The notes under the pieces are model-generated. The model had not been told where the DNA came from. It worked only from the letters and a program-made list of their open reading frames with translations, and ran no database searches. A program made the translations under genes and the position numbers. This document shows, in pieces, positions 22,742-36,480 of a stretch of 64,000 nt of DNA (the first letter of the stretch is position 1; the number at the start of each line of letters is the position of its first letter). Source of the stretch: Hemiscyllium ocellatum (taxonomy: Eukaryota); assembly GCF_020745735.1 (NCBI RefSeq), contig NC_083409.1, positions 10,886,978 through 10,950,977 of the forward strand, read 5' to 3'.

Positions 22742-24770
22742 ATGCGTGGCACTGTGGCTGGCGTCACTACCTCACAGCGCAAGGGTCCTGGGTTTGATCC
22801 CACCTTCAGGCAACTGCCTGTGTTGAATTTGTATGTTCTCCCTGTGTCTGAATGGGTTTCCTCCGGGTGCCTCAGTTTCCTCTCTCAGTCCAGAGATGTG
22901 CAGGTTAGTTGGATTGGCCTGGAAGTATCGGGTTAGGATAGAGGGCTGGTTCTGGGTGAAATGCTGCTTGCACTTGATGGGCTGAATGGCCTTCTTCCAC
23001 ACAGGAGGGATTCTATGATACTATGTTGCTGTGGGTCTGGAGTCATATGTCAGTCAGGATGGGCAAGGACAGCAATCTGATGGATATTAGTGGGCCCGAT
23101 GGGGTTCTCCCCCAACAATGGTGGTCATTTGACTCTTAACTCCAGAGTCTTTTTGAATTTAAAATTCCACTCCATGCATTGCCAGAATTTAGATTAGATT
23201 CCCTGCAGTATGCAAACAGGCCCTTCGGTCCAACAAGTCCACACCGACCCTCTGAAGAGTAACCCACCCAGACTCATTCCCCAAATTCACCCCTGACTAG
23301 AGGCAATTTAGCATGACCAATTCACCTAACATTCACATCTTTGGATTGTGGGAGGAGACCGGAGCACCCGGAGGAAACACATGCAGACACAGGGAGAATG
23401 TGCAAACTCCATAAAAGGCAGTCACCCGAGGCTAAAATCGAACCTGGGATTCTGGTGCTGTGAGGCTAAGATTGCTAACCACTGAACCACCATGCTGCCC
23501 CACTGTGACCCCAGGTCCCCCAGAACATTACTTGGCTCTTTGGATTAAGAATCTAGTGATGATACCATTAACTCACTGCCTCCCCACATGTGTATTATCT
23601 CTATCTTGAATTTATTCAAACGCCTAAGTATCGATGAGTATTGCAAAGATTCAAAACCCTCTGAATGAAAAAATTCATAGCATCCCTACAATATGGAAAT
23701 AAGCCCATCAGCCCAAACCACTTTTCCAAAGATCATCTCACCCAGACCCACTCCCCTATAACCTTGCATTTCCCATGGCCATTCCACCTAACCCGCACGT
23801 TTGTGGACTGTGGGAGGAAACCAGATCACCGGGAGGGAACCCAGGCAGACACAGGGAGAACATACAAGCTCCACTCCGTCAATTGCCTGAGGGTGGAATT
23901 AAACCTTGGTCCCAATGCTGTACCACCCCACTTGATTCTGGGCAATAAATGCTGACATAGCAAGTGATGCGCAATCCAGTAAATGAATTAAGAAAAGATC
24001 AGTTAAGTTCTGGATAGGACTGTGATGGGTTCCTCCCCACTTGCCTGGATGGATGCAGCTCCAAAAAGAATCAAGAAGCTTGATATCTTCCAGTACAAAG
24101 CAGCCTGCTTGATTGGCACCACATCAATAAACATACACTCCCTCCGCCACTGATGCTCAGTAACAGTCGTATGCACCATCTACAAGATGCACTGCGGGAA
24201 TTCACACCAAGTCTCTTGAGACAGCACCTTCCAAACCCACATCATTTCCATGTAGAAGGACACAAAACACGACCAAAAACAAGTTCCCCTCCAATCCAAA
24301 TAGAATCTTGATTTGAAAATATATTACTGTTCCTCCAGTGTCGCTGAATGAAAATCCTGAAATTCCCTCCCTCAGGGCATTGTGGGTTTACCTACAGCAC
24401 ATGGACTGCAGTGGTTCAAGAAGGCAGCTCACCACCACCTTGCAAAAGGCAGAATTGTGGCTCAGTGGTCAGTGCTGCTACCTCACAGCACCAGGGACCT
24501 GGGTTCAATTTCACCCTGGGATGACTGTCTGTGTGGAGGTTGCACATTTTCCCCATGTCTGTGTGGGCTTCTTCCATACAGTTCATAGATGTGTTGGTTA
24601 GGTGGATTAGCCATGTCAAATTGCACATAGTGTCGAGGGATGTGTTGGCTGGGTGGGTTGGCCGTGAGAAATGCAGCAGTACAGGAATGGGGTAAGTCCA
24701 AATGGGATGTTGTTCGTTGGGTTGGTATGAATTGGATGGGCTGAATGGCCTCCTTCAACACTGTATGATG
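22742..24770. mobile_element. Cluster of HE1-type SINEs (22742-23010 +, 23188-23500 -, 23700-23925 -, 24445-24770 +) with an L2 fragment
   Basis: Repeated HE1 core (gtttcctccgggtgctccggtttcctcccac / ggactgtgggaggaaaccgga) in both orientations. Confidence 0.8.
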
Positions 24771-26409
24771 ATTCCATGAGTCACAAGGGCAGCACACAAT
24801 GTGTTGCAAATGCTGGCCTAGACAGCAATACCCATGTCCTCAGAATGAGTTTTAAACAAAAAGACCATCTGCACTGCTTACTATTCTATCAGTCTTTCTG
24901 TCAATGTGGAACTATGATTCTCATTAATACATACAGTAAGTAGTTAAGGCCTCACCACAGAATTCTTGTGGAACACCACTCGTCACTTTCTTTCTCTGTT
25001 ATTTGTCACTAAACCAGCCTCCGAACCAAGTCAAACATTCATCTTCAATCCCATGGGTTTTAACTTTAGTCAGCAGACTGTTTAGTGGAAAATTATTAAG
25101 TACTTCTGAAAGTTGATAAGACTATATGCCCATTCAACTAATTTAGTTCATGCATTTGGTTCATTTGTTAGAACCTACCCATCACAAATCTATGTGGGCT
25201 ATTTGTAATTCTCTACGTATTAATTCTCTCAGTTATTAATTATAGATTCCAATGAAACCCCCAAAAGAGATGTTAGATTGACCAGGATATTTCCTCGGTT
25301 CCCTCTCTCATCTTTCTTGAACCCATGGAGTTACAGCAGGACATTTTCCAAACTAAAGGAATGGTTGCTGCTTTGGAACCTGATGGGAAAAGCTTCTGAA
25401 ACTTCTTCCACACCGCCCCCCACCCCAACATCTCCCACACACCCCTTCCTTTAAGCCCCTGAGGTCTTGGAGATCTGTCAGCCTTTAGAGCTGCTCACTC
25501 TCCAATGCTATTTTCTGGCACGTATCAAGTTTCATGAATTCCAGTCTTTAATTCGTTACTAACCTCCCTGGAATCGAGGCTGCATTATCCTGTTCCTTGA
25601 CTGTGAAGACTGACACAACTAATAATTGTATATATCGGCCAATCCCTTAATCTCATTTGTGGAATTCCCAGTTTGTTTTTAAAGGGCTCACATTGCACTG
25701 GAGCCCCCTTGATTTTCTAATTTTTGTGTAAAACTTTTGTGTTATTCTTGTGACCCTTTGCAGGTCTCTTTCTCCATCACTTTCTGTAACTCTAGCTTTC
25801 TTTTTGTCTTCCTTTGCAGTTCTTCGTATCTTTCTTCAGTTGCCTGAATTCTCACTGATATTCCCACATTTGAGTGTTCTGACCTTTTGTTTTCTGTTTT
25901 TTTCCCTTATTTTATCAGCGACGATGTGCTAACAAGTGGGGATATGTTCCATACTGAGCTGAATACATTTTTTAACCATCTCCCCATCTCATTGGGAGTC
26001 TGATCTGACAATTTTGGCTGACACCAATCTCTGTTGCATTCTGTTTTCTGGGAGGTGGGTGTCACTGGCATAGATCAGCATTTGTTACCCAAGACTAATT
26101 ACCCTTGAACTGTTGGCCTTGCTGTGGTCTCTCAGACGGCACCTAAGAGTTAACCAGATTGCTGTGGGGCTGGAGGCACATGAAGTCCAGACTGGGGGAG
26201 GCTGAGGCTGGACAGCATTCAGGGATCATTATCGTGGTCACCATTAATGAGGCTTGCTTTGTGATTTGAATTCAAATTCCAGCATTTGTCACTGGGGAAG
26301 ATAGTACAGTTCGATATATTGCGGCAGGACCTCTGTTTTGTATCTCACCGGAAAGACAACAGCCCCCTCAGTTTTGCAGTGTCAGCCTTGACTGTGTGCT
26401 CAACATAAG

Positions 26410-27800
26410 AATTAGGAGAGGGAGGAGGCAATTCAACCCTTCATTTAACATGACCATGGCTGATCTTATCCTGATCTCAACTCCTCTCTCCTGCCTGCTC
26501 CCCATCGCTCTTTATCTTGCTTTTCATCAGAAACACATCGTTCTTGAATCTGTTGATTGATTCTGCCTCCACTGCACTCTGGGGCATTGAGTTTCACAGA
26601 TTCACAACCCTCTGGGAGAAGTAGTTTCTTCTCATCTCAGTTTTGAACCTACCACCTCTCACTCTATATCGATAACCTCTTGTTCGAAACTGTCCTGCAA
26701 GGGGGAGCATCTATCCAATGTTCACCTTATCAATCGCCTTTCAAATTTTCTCTCCCTCAATTAGATCCCTCCTCATTCTTTAGAACTCCAGCGAGTACAA
26801 GCCCAATCTATTTAACTGCTCCTCATAGGACAGCCCTTTCATCCCTGGAATCAGTCTGGGGAACATCCTCAGAACAGCCTCCAGTGTCACCACATCCATC
26901 CTCAAATAAGCAGACCAAAATTGGACACGATACTCCAGATGTGGCCTCCCAAATGCTTTCTATATGCGCAAGTTTATAACATATGATCAATGCTTGTTCA
27001 GATCGGCCATTGGATAAGGAGTGGCGGATGGAGATAATTTAGATAAATGTAAGGTGTTGTATTTTGGGAAGGCAAATAAGGACAATGTCATGGGGAATGT
27101 TGCTGAGCAAAGAGACCTTGGAGTGCAGATTATTTCACAGTTCTTTGAAAGCGAAGCCATGGATAAACACGGGGATGAAGTTGGGGATTGATACACTTGC
27201 CTTTATTGGTCTGTGCATTGAGTATAGGAATTGGGTTGTCATGTTCTAGCTGTCCCCTAAAGTGGCCATTGGTGAGGACACCTTGAGAATACAGGGCTCA
27301 ATTCTGGTCTTCCTGCTCTACGAACAATGTTGTTAAACTTGAAAAGATGGAAAAATGATTTGTAGGGATGTTGCTTGAGTTGGAGGTTTTGAGCTATCGG
27401 GAGAGGCTGAATAGACTGGGGCTATTTCCCCTGAAACAATGGAGGCTGAGGGGTGACCTTATAGAGGTTTATAACATCATGAAGAGCATTGATAAGGTGA
27501 CTAGCCAAGGTCTTTTTCCCCAGAGTATGTGAGTCCAAAACAAGAGGCCATAGGTTTAAGGTGAGAGAGGAAAGACTTTTAGGGGATCTAAGGGGCAACG
27601 TTTTCATGCAGAGGGTGGTGCGTGTATGGAATTAGCTGCCAGAGGCTATTACAATTACAACATTTAAAAGGCATCTTGATGGGTTTATGAATAATAACAG
27701 TTTAGAGGGATATGGGCCAAATCCTGGCAAGTTGGAATAGATTAATTTTGGATATCTCGTTGGCATGGATGAGTTGAACCAAAGGGTCTGTTTCTGTGCT
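26410..27800. mobile_element. Two CR1 3' fragments in opposite orientation (26410-26960 -, 26990-27800 +)
   Basis: CR1 3' motifs, including cttttttccctggagc..aggctgaggggtgaccttatagaggtttataa and cagagggtggtgcgtgtatggaa. Confidence 0.7.
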
Positions 27801-28344
27801 AAATGATTGTCTAGTTAAGTCTCTGTTTTAACGAGACAAAGCTTCTAAGACAGAGGTGACAGTGCTCCCACTGATCAGGTTCCAGTTTGTACAGGGCTCC
27901 GCTCTCAGCTGGATGGTTGGGAGTTGGAGCTGATTTTAAGCTGCATTTTGGAGAGGAGTAAGCAACCGTTTTGATCAAAACCTCCTGAAATGTGAAGGCG
28001 ACATTTATGAGCAATTCAGAGCAATGATCTACTCAGTTATTTTGACTCCTGGGGCCTGCTGAGTACTAAAACTCAGCATTTAGGGGATTGCTGAGAAATA
28101 TCTTCATTGACTTGGACATTAATTGTTTAATGAAGAGTCCAGAAGATTATAGCTTTGGGTTATTTCCCAATCTCATTGTTGCTGTCTACAAGATTGTGAA
28201 GGACACAGAGTGGAAGAAGTACTTTACAAAAGAATAGAAGCTGCTCCTGTCTTCAAAGGTTTGCCATCCCTTGAGTGGATATGAGACAGAACCACATGCA
28301 CGATTCAGGGGGAGAATAGAAAGAAGGAATTTGCATTTGTATCA

Positions 28345-29245
28345 CAGAATCCCGATAGTGTGAAAGTAGGCCATTCAGCCCATCGAGTCCATACTGCCCC
28401 TCCGAAGGGCTTTCCACCCAGCCACCTATCCTATCCCTGTATTTTCCAATAGCTAATCCACCTAGCCTGCATATCCCTCAACACTATAGGCAATTTAGCA
28501 TGGCCAATTTATTGAAGCTGCGGATCTTTGGACTGTGGGAGGAAACCAGAACACCCAGGGAAGCCCACACAGACACAGAGAATGTGCAGACTCCACACAG
28601 ACCTGCCTGAGGTGGGTCCCTGGTGCGTTGAGGCAGCAGAGCTAACCACTGAGCCATCATGCACCCACATGTATGGCACTTTTTATCACATGAGGATGTT
28701 CCAGAGCAGTGTACTGCCAGAGATGTGGGCTTGGAACATGAATAAGGTTACATTTGTGCCACACAATTGCCAGGCAATGACTGTCTCCAACAAGAGAGAA
28801 CGTAACAGTCTCCTCTTGATGTTCAGTGGCTGTGTGGTATGTGACCATATTGCCTTTGAGAAAATCCACCCCGTGTGTGTGTTCCACCTATCAGTTAATC
28901 ATCTATGAGCCTGCAAGCTGCACAGACTGAGATCAATTCACAGAATCCCAACAAGTCCACACTGAATCTCCAAAGAGCATCCCATCCCCCCACCCTATTA
29001 CTCAACATTTTCCCTGACAACTGCACTAACCCACACATCCCCGAACACCATGGCCAATTTAGTATGGCCAATTCACCTGAACTGCACATCTTTGGATTGT
29101 GGGAGGAAACCGGAGAACCCTGAGGACACCCACACAGACCCGGGAGAATGTGCAAACTCCACATACAGTCGCCTGAGGGTGGAATCGAACCCAGGTCCCA
29201 CGAACTGTGAGTCAGCAGTGCTAACCATTGAGGCTCTGTGCTGCC
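28345..29245 (-). mobile_element. Two HE1 SINEs (28345-28662, 28915-29245) flanking a plus-strand L2-like RT fragment
   Basis: HE1 cores on the minus strand, with KVTFVPHNCQAMTVSNKRE between them. Confidence 0.7.
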
Positions 29246-29931
29246 CATTATTGCTTGCTGTAGTGTCTGCTTCATGCCTTGTAATGTGTTTTATTGTTTA
29301 AATAAACCAACTCAGAGTTAATGGATTGTTTGTGGGACCAGTACCTTTCACATATCATTGTGAAAGGCTGGAGAAAACACTGTGCAGATGAGGCCGATTG
29401 CACAAGCAGCTTAATCTGCAGGTAGAAAATATAAGTGACAGCCTTCGATGGTTGATCTGATTTTAACCTCAACTCTACCTTCTCCGATAATGTTCCATCC
29501 CTTCAGTCATCAAGAATCTATTTCCATCGGCCTTAAAAATATCTAAAACTTCTGCATCTACTGCCTTTTAAGGAAAGGAATTCCAAAGACTGACAACTCT
29601 GAGAGGAAATACATGTTTCTGAATCTCTGTTTTGAATGTACTCTCCCTTAATTTTAAACTGTGATCCCTAGTTCTGGATTCTCCCACAAGAGGAAACATC
29701 CTTTCCACATCCACCCGGTCAAGGCCCCTCAGGATCTTGCATGTTGCAATGAAGTCTTGTGTTCAGTTTCCCCTCACAATACCCCATAATGTTCTATGAG
29801 CTTTCCTGATGACTTGCTGTACCTACACACTAACCTTCTGTGATTAATGCACAGAGTCCCAGATACGGTTCTGGGGTCACAGGCTCAAATCCCACCATGG
29901 CAGATGGGGGAATTTGAAATCAATTTTAAAA

Positions 29932-31266
29932 ATCTGAAGGTGCTGGGTATTTGGTTCGGGGGGGGAGGGGGGGCGTGCGCCAAGTCTTGGCAGGGGTGTA
30001 TCAGCAAAGTGAGGCAGAAACTGGGCAGATGGAAGCTACGGTCGCTCTCCATCGTGGGAAAAAACCTGGTCATCAGTTGTGAGGCACTGTCATTGCTGTT
30101 ATACGTGGCACAGTTCTGGCCTATTCCCAGAACCTGTGCCGCTGCAGTCACCCAGGCCATCTTCCAATTTATATGGAGGTCAAAGATGGACCGGGTCCAA
30201 AGGGATTTGCTGTACAAAGATCTGGGCAATGGGGGAAAAGATACACCCAATTCCACCCTCACCCTGACGGCCACCTTTGTGTATGGCTGCATCAAGCTGT
30301 GCGTGGATCCCAGGTGTCACTATGTACTGAGGTTCTACCTGTCAACAGTGTTGCGAAGGATGGGCCTGGCCTCGCTGCTGCGGAACACTCCGAGTAGTTG
30401 GATCGTTCCATATCACCTGTCCTTCGTGGAGAAGTTTATGAAGAAAAACACCTTTGACCACAACTCCATCAGGAAGTGGTCAGCATGTAGTGTCCTCGAG
30501 ACCCTTCGGGAAAAGGAGAGGGTGGATCCTATCGAGCAGTTCCCTGAGCAGACTGTCAAAGCCATTTGGCAGAATGCCTCATCGCCAGAACTTTCCAACA
30601 AGCACCAAGACATGGCTTAGCTGGTAGTGAGAAGGACTCTGCCTGTGAGATCCTTGATACACGCCCGGACTCTCAGCCGCACCACATGCTGCCCTCTAAG
30701 CGGTCACACACCTCCTTCTGGAATGTGCCTACGCAGACAAAGTCTGGAGAGGAATGCAGCGGTGTTTGTCAAGGTTCATCCCGAGCAGCGCCGTGACACA
30801 GGACCCGGTGCTCTATGGTCTGTTCCCCAGGACATATACCGAGATGAACATCAACTGTGCCTGGAGGATCATCAACTCGGTGAAGGGCGCTCTCTGGGCG
30901 GTCCAAACCCTGTTGATCTTCCAGCGGAAGGAGTTGTTCCCAACTGAGTGTTGCAGACTGGCACATTCCAAGGTCCAGTTGAGGGAAGCGCTGAAGCTTG
31001 GGGCAGCTGCCGCCAAGACGCAGTGGGGAAGGTCCACCATGTAACATCTGTCTGCCTAAAGAAGAACGGGGGCCCATGCAGTCGTTTGGGCTCTGCTAAC
31101 GCCTCAGCTACACATATGGGCATATGATTAATAAACATACAGACCTGTATATACAAATGATAAATTCTGATCTCTGTATGTGAATGTTTACATATGTATG
31201 GCATGACCAACTGTACAATCCATCAAATTATTTTATGAATAAAGTATTTTTTTTAAATTAAAAAAG
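29932..31266 (+). mobile_element. Tx1-like (L1 superfamily) non-LTR retrotransposon, 5'-truncated ORF2 C-terminus with A-rich tail
   Basis: LKVLGIWFGG...KVRQKLGRWKLRSLSIVGKNLVI...IFQFIWRSKMDRV...NASSPELSNKHQD, then RFIPSSAVTQD.VLYGLFP...CAWRIINSVK...LKLGAAAAKTQWGRSTM*, followed by AATAAA and a T/A-rich tail. Confidence 0.85.
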
Positions 31267-31299
31267 TAAAACCGATTATTCAATTCGTACTTATATTTA

Positions 31300-31760
31300 A
31301 AATAGTAGTTTATAATAATTGGAGTGCGACCGATTCCGTTGCCTTGCACGAATTCCTCCTTTTCCCTCAGTGGGGAAGGGTTTTCTATGTGTTCGTGTAT
31401 TGTTTGGGAGGTGAACCCGCCGATGCCGGCTCCGGTGTTGACCGTGACAGTGGGGTTGACGTTTGAGAAAAAGCCGTGAGGTTACCCGCTGCGGTGTCAT
31501 TGCGCAGGCGTGGGATTACTCATCTGGGGTGGTGCGCTGGCGCGTCTCTGTCGGCCAATGTGTCGTTGCGCAGGCACGGCATGACCGGCCTCGGTGCACG
31601 AATCTTTGGATTGCGGGGAATTCAAAATGGAACGTCTCAGTCTCAGAGAGAACAGCCCAGTGAGGCTTGGAGCTCCTCTCAGAGTCAAATCTGACACCAA
31701 GATTGTCCAGACTGGCTTCAACTACGTTGCAATGGAGACTGGATTCAAAGCAATTACTTT
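31300..31760. promoter_or_regulatory. CpG-rich promoter-like island
   Basis: Dense CpG in an otherwise CpG-poor window. Two NRF1-like TGCGCAGGC sites (31501, 31567), CCAAT at 31555, an RFX X-box-like GTTGCAATGGAGAC at 31726-31739, and an ATG at 31627 followed by a CA|GTGAGG donor. Confidence 0.55.
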
Positions 31761-32689
31761 AATCTACATTTGGAGGAAACCCCTGCTCATCTATAATTCC
31801 GGAAAACAAAAATGTAGGGGATGTGGGTGTCCTGCTGGTCCAGCATTATTGTTCATACCTAGTTACCTTTGAAGTAGTGGTAGTGGGCTGCCTTCTTGAA
31901 GCACTGCAGTGTGTGAGCTGTAGGTCGATCCGCAGTGCCCTTGGGTGGAGTTCCTGGATTTTGAACCAGTGATAGTGAAGGAGTGTCAGTATATTTCTAA
32001 GTCAGGATGATGAGTGGCTTGAGGGAGAATTTGCAGGTAATAGTGTTCCCATATATCTGCCTTTGTTCTTTTAGATGGAAGGTTTTATTTTTGAAGGAGC
32101 TGTTCAATAACTGTCATAATTGCGGAGGGGAGGAGGAGGGAATAAAGGTTAAATTCATTGCCTTCTTTGGCTACAAGCACATCCATAGAATTGGGACTAA
32201 ATGAGAACAACCACTGAGCTGACAGCTGGATACCAGCGGAGTGGTCTTTTAAGAGGATTGTGTGCTGGATGGAGATGTGTGTAGATTCAGACAGAGAAAA
32301 AAAAACAATTTACTTCGGTCATCATGTCGGATGTGACTTAGATAAGAGTCTTGAAGATATTTAATGATCCAGCCTCAACAGCCCTCCGAATTTTCTACAA
32401 CTGGTTCCCTCTCACTGATGTGAGATTTAGTGGTCTTTAATCTGGAGATTTTCCTAACCTTTATCTTGCATAAACTTCCAATTCTTCCTCAGCTCCTGTA
32501 TCAATTCGCTCAAGGATCACACAGTCACTCTCCCTGAATCCAGGAACTGCTTCTCCAAACTGAAGACCGATTTGTTGGATGTATTTAACATATTCTCTCG
32601 CTCTGTGAACAGTCTGTCCCCTTGATCCCTAGTACTCCCCATTCTTTCCCGCATTAACCTCCTTCCCTTAATAAACAAAAAAAATGCTT

Positions 32690-33830
32690 GCAAATCTTAC
32701 CGCTAATGTTTTATCACCCCTAATTCTGCTCTTCCACTGACTTTGTAAGCTTAGCCCTACACTTTATTTATTCTTTTAAGACACACATTGACCTGCTCAC
32801 TTGATACCTGCTTTAAGCTTCTCTTTCCTTTTTCATTCTATTCGAAATTTGTGTTAACACCTGAGGTTCTTTGTGCTTGTTAAATTTTATCTTCGATGCA
32901 ACATGCTGGGCCATAACTGTCATCAATTCGATTTTGATCAAATGATCTCCCAACCCACGCCCCACCTTGTTCTGCTACAGTTTCACCCAGAAGTAAGTAC
33001 ATTTTGTCCAGATCCTGACTTTTTTCCATAAACTCTATCTCCCCAATCGAAAAAGCTTTTATTTTTCAAACTTTTTTGTTTTTTTTTCCTTCTCAAACTC
33101 ATGATGTGTGTTATCACGGTCACTGATCCTATAATGCTCTCCTACTTCTGCCTGGAACAGCTGACTGGCTTTGTTCCCCACAGTGAGGCCCAAAACTGCG
33201 TTGCCTCTGCTGTATCTGCTCGATGTTGATATAAGAAGCTCTCTGAAATATATTTCAAAGACCTGCCCCCTCGTAAGAAAATGTATCACTGCCCGAATGA
33301 ATGTTTGGAATTGAAATGCCTGAATATAGTGATCCTAATACTGTTTTTACACACCTCAGTAACTTGGTTATATACCTGCTCTCGTACTTTCCTTTATCTG
33401 GGGGTCTATAATATATCCCTAGCAGTGTTTCTGTCATAGTTTTGATCCTGAGCTCTAACCACCATGTCTCATTAGAAGATCCTTTCAAGATATCGTCCCT
33501 TCTTACATCAGTAACTGACTTCATAACTAATAAGGCAACACCCAACTCCTTTTTTACCCTCTCTCCTGTCCTGACTATAGTTGTGATACCACAGAATATT
33601 GAGTTGTAAGCCCAGACCTCTCTCAAACATATCCCAGAAATGGCAAAAATATCACACTTCTACATGTCACCTCGTTTCCTTATTATATCTGTCTGCCTGA
33701 TAATATTACCAGCATTAAGGTAAAGCACATCCAACCTGGAATATATCATCTGGAATACTCTGTATTCGGAGGTCTTCAGTCATTCATTGTTCATTATCAA
33801 CCTGTCCAATCCATGAACCAAAACTGTAAC
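32690..33830 (-). mobile_element. CR1 ORF2 endonuclease region, degenerate
   Basis: GVALLVMKSV..RRDDILKGSSNETWWLELR...LLGIYYRPP, an APE-type endonuclease pattern. Confidence 0.8.
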
Positions 33831-34199
33831 ACTGTGACTGAATGAATATTTGTTGAATTTTAATTTTGTTTTTAGTAAATGTGTTCATCAAAAGCAACTT
33901 TCCAGAACTGAACGACTTTTCGCTGATTAGTTCCCTGCTCAGAGTGCAGAGGGGACAGGCCTCAGTAACGGAGAAAGTGAGGACTGCAGATCCTCGTGAT
34001 CAGAGTCGAAAATTGAGGCACTGGAAAAGCACAGGCAGTCAGGCAGCATCTGAGGAGCAGCAGAGTCAAAGCTTTGGGCATCTGTCCTTCCCATGTTTTT
34101 CATTCCACAATATATATGATATTAAGTAACATACTTGCTCAGGAAGGCAGCATTGTTCAGAGCCCTAAAATGGAAAGCAGTCAATCAGTTGTCTGGACG

Positions 34200-35760
34200 G
34201 GGAGTAAACACGTTGAGGTGAAATACAGTCTGATTGAACTTAAGGATAGAAAAATCCCTCGGACAGAAGGGAAACACCCTAGGTTACTACAGGAAGAGAG
34301 GCAAAATATTTCTGTGCCTTTGGCGATGGTCTTTGCGTCTTCACTCTCCATTCGAGTAGCGTCGGATGATTGGAGAGTGGCAAATCTTACTCCCTTGGTC
34401 AGGCAAGGAAACGGGGATTGTCCTGAGAATGACAGACCAGTCAGTCTTACATCAGTATTGGGCAATGTATTGGAGAGGATTCTGAAAAATCATGGTTTGA
34501 TTAGAACTAGTCAGCATGACTTTGTGAGGGGCAGGTCAGACCTCACAACTCTTATTGGATTCTTTGAGGATGGGATTAAGCACACTGAAGAAGGTAGAGC
34601 AGTGAATGCTAAGTGCATGGATTTAAACAAGGTGTTTGATAAGCTTTCCCGCGGTAGTTTCATTCAGAAAGTAAGGAGGCATGGCATACAGGGAGACCTA
34701 TCTGTCTGGATGCAGAATTGACTAGCCCACAGATGACAGAGAGTGGTGGTAAATGGGAAGTATTTAGTGTGGAAGTAGTTGAGCTGTGGTGTTCCGTAAG
34801 GATCGGTTCTGAGACCTCTGCTGTTTGTGATTTTGATAAATGACTTGGATGACGAAGTGGAAAGGTAGGTTCATATGTTTGATGATGTAACACAGGTTAG
34901 TGGAATTGTGGATAGTTGGGGAGGGCTGTTGTAGTTTGCAACAGGACATTGACAGGATGCAGGACTCGGCTGCTAAGTGGCAGATGGTGTCCAATATGGA
35001 AAAGTGGGATACGATTCATTTTGGAAGGTTGAATTTAAGTGCAGAATACATGGTTAAAGGCAGGATTCTTACATTGTGGAGGATCAGGGGAATCATATGA
35101 TCCACGGCATAGCTCCCACAAAGTTGCTACCCAGGTTTATAAGGTTGTTAAGAAGTTGTTTGATGTATTAATTAGCCGAGGAATCGAGTTTAAGAGCTGG
35201 AAGGTTATGCTGATGCTCTATGGAGCCCTGGTGAGACCGCACTTAGAATATAGTGATCAGTTCTGGTTGCCTCGTTATAGGAAAGATGTGGAATCTTTCA
35301 TGAGGGTGCTGAGGAGATTTATCAAGATGCTGCCTGGACTGGAGGGCATGTCTTACAAAGAAGCGTTTAGGGAGCTCGGGTGTTTTCCTTGTTGGAATGA
35401 AGAAGAATGAAGCGGTGTACAAGATGATGAGAGACATAGAAAGAATGGATAGCCAGAGACTTTCTCCCAGGGTGGAAATGACTATCTCGAGGGGGTATGA
35501 TTTTAAGGTAATTAGAAGAGGGTTTAGGCGAGATGTCAGAGGTACATTAATTTCACAGAGAGTGGTGTGTGTGTGCAATGAACAGCCAACAGTTGTAGTA
35601 AACTCAGCTATACGAGGGATATTTAATTGGATAGGCACATGAATGAGAGTATAATGAAAGGTATGCAAGTTAGTCTGATGTTAGAGTAGGATAAAAGATC
35701 GATAGAATGTCAAGGGCTGAAGGGCCTGCACTGTGCTGCACTGTTCTATGTTTCCAGTTT
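34200..35760 (+). mobile_element. CR1 ORF2 RT plus 3' end, degenerate
   Basis: DDWRVANLTPL..G..DCPENDRPVSLTSVLGNVLERI...HDFVRGRSDLTTLIGFFE and LYGALVRPHLEY. Confidence 0.88.
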
Positions 35761-35819
35761 CACCCAGATTGTGGATTCTCATCATTTGTTGAATGTGTGA
35801 GGGAGAAAGGATGGGAAAG

Positions 35820-36480
35820 GATGCGTGTGAGATCAGAAAGCTTTGGAGGGGCGGAGGGCCAAAACCTCCAGTTATGGTGAAAATTGTTACAGTCACTGAA
35901 AGCCAGTATAATATGTGTGTTTACTTAGACCAGACAGAATCCGCCAAGTTCAGTTATTAATGTGATTTGTGGATTGTCGTTTGCTGCTGGTTACTTCACA
36001 TACATTCTAATGTGTAATCCATGTAGTAATCTCTGACAATTCACAGAGATGTGCAATTTTATTTTGATACTGGAGAATGTGAAGGTGACATTTATTGGAT
36101 ATGGCTTTAGAGGTTTCTTTGTGAGACACAAGGCACTGCAATAGATTGTCAACTTGTTAACGTCTTCACCCATGTCTGGTCCGGGTGCAGATGTATGGAG
36201 TCTGGGAGGCAGGTCAGATTTCATCACCATAGGTAATTTGTATGGTGAGGTTCCGGCTCTCCATGTCAACACGTCTGCTCTCTGGACCAGGCTCTGACTA
36301 AAGATGAATTTTAAACCTGGTTGTTGGTCAGCCATTCGTATTTAATCTGGACAACATTTGTACCTACACTGAGACCAGTGATAGTCTGTTGGCGGGTTCT
36401 TCCCCTGCCCAAGATAGATTCCAAATTATTTGTTTTGAAGTATTGTTTGACTGAGTGCCCTGAACCAGGTTAGAAGCTCT
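35820..36480 (+). pseudogene. Decayed intronless Ser/Thr protein kinase (CAMK-group-like)
   Basis: Ordered, frameshift-broken motifs at about the right spacing: PVMVKIVTVTE (IV), ESAKFSY...LLHIHSN (VIa), IHRDV (VIb), NFILILENVKVTFIGYGF (VIb-VII), GT (VIII) and GPGADVWSLG (IX), with in-frame stops. Confidence 0.55.

Noticed and set aside
28329-28336. Octamer ATTTGCAT (also ATGCAAAT at about 59843)
   Set aside because: Both lie within or at the edge of repeat-derived sequence, with no leader or V exon nearby.
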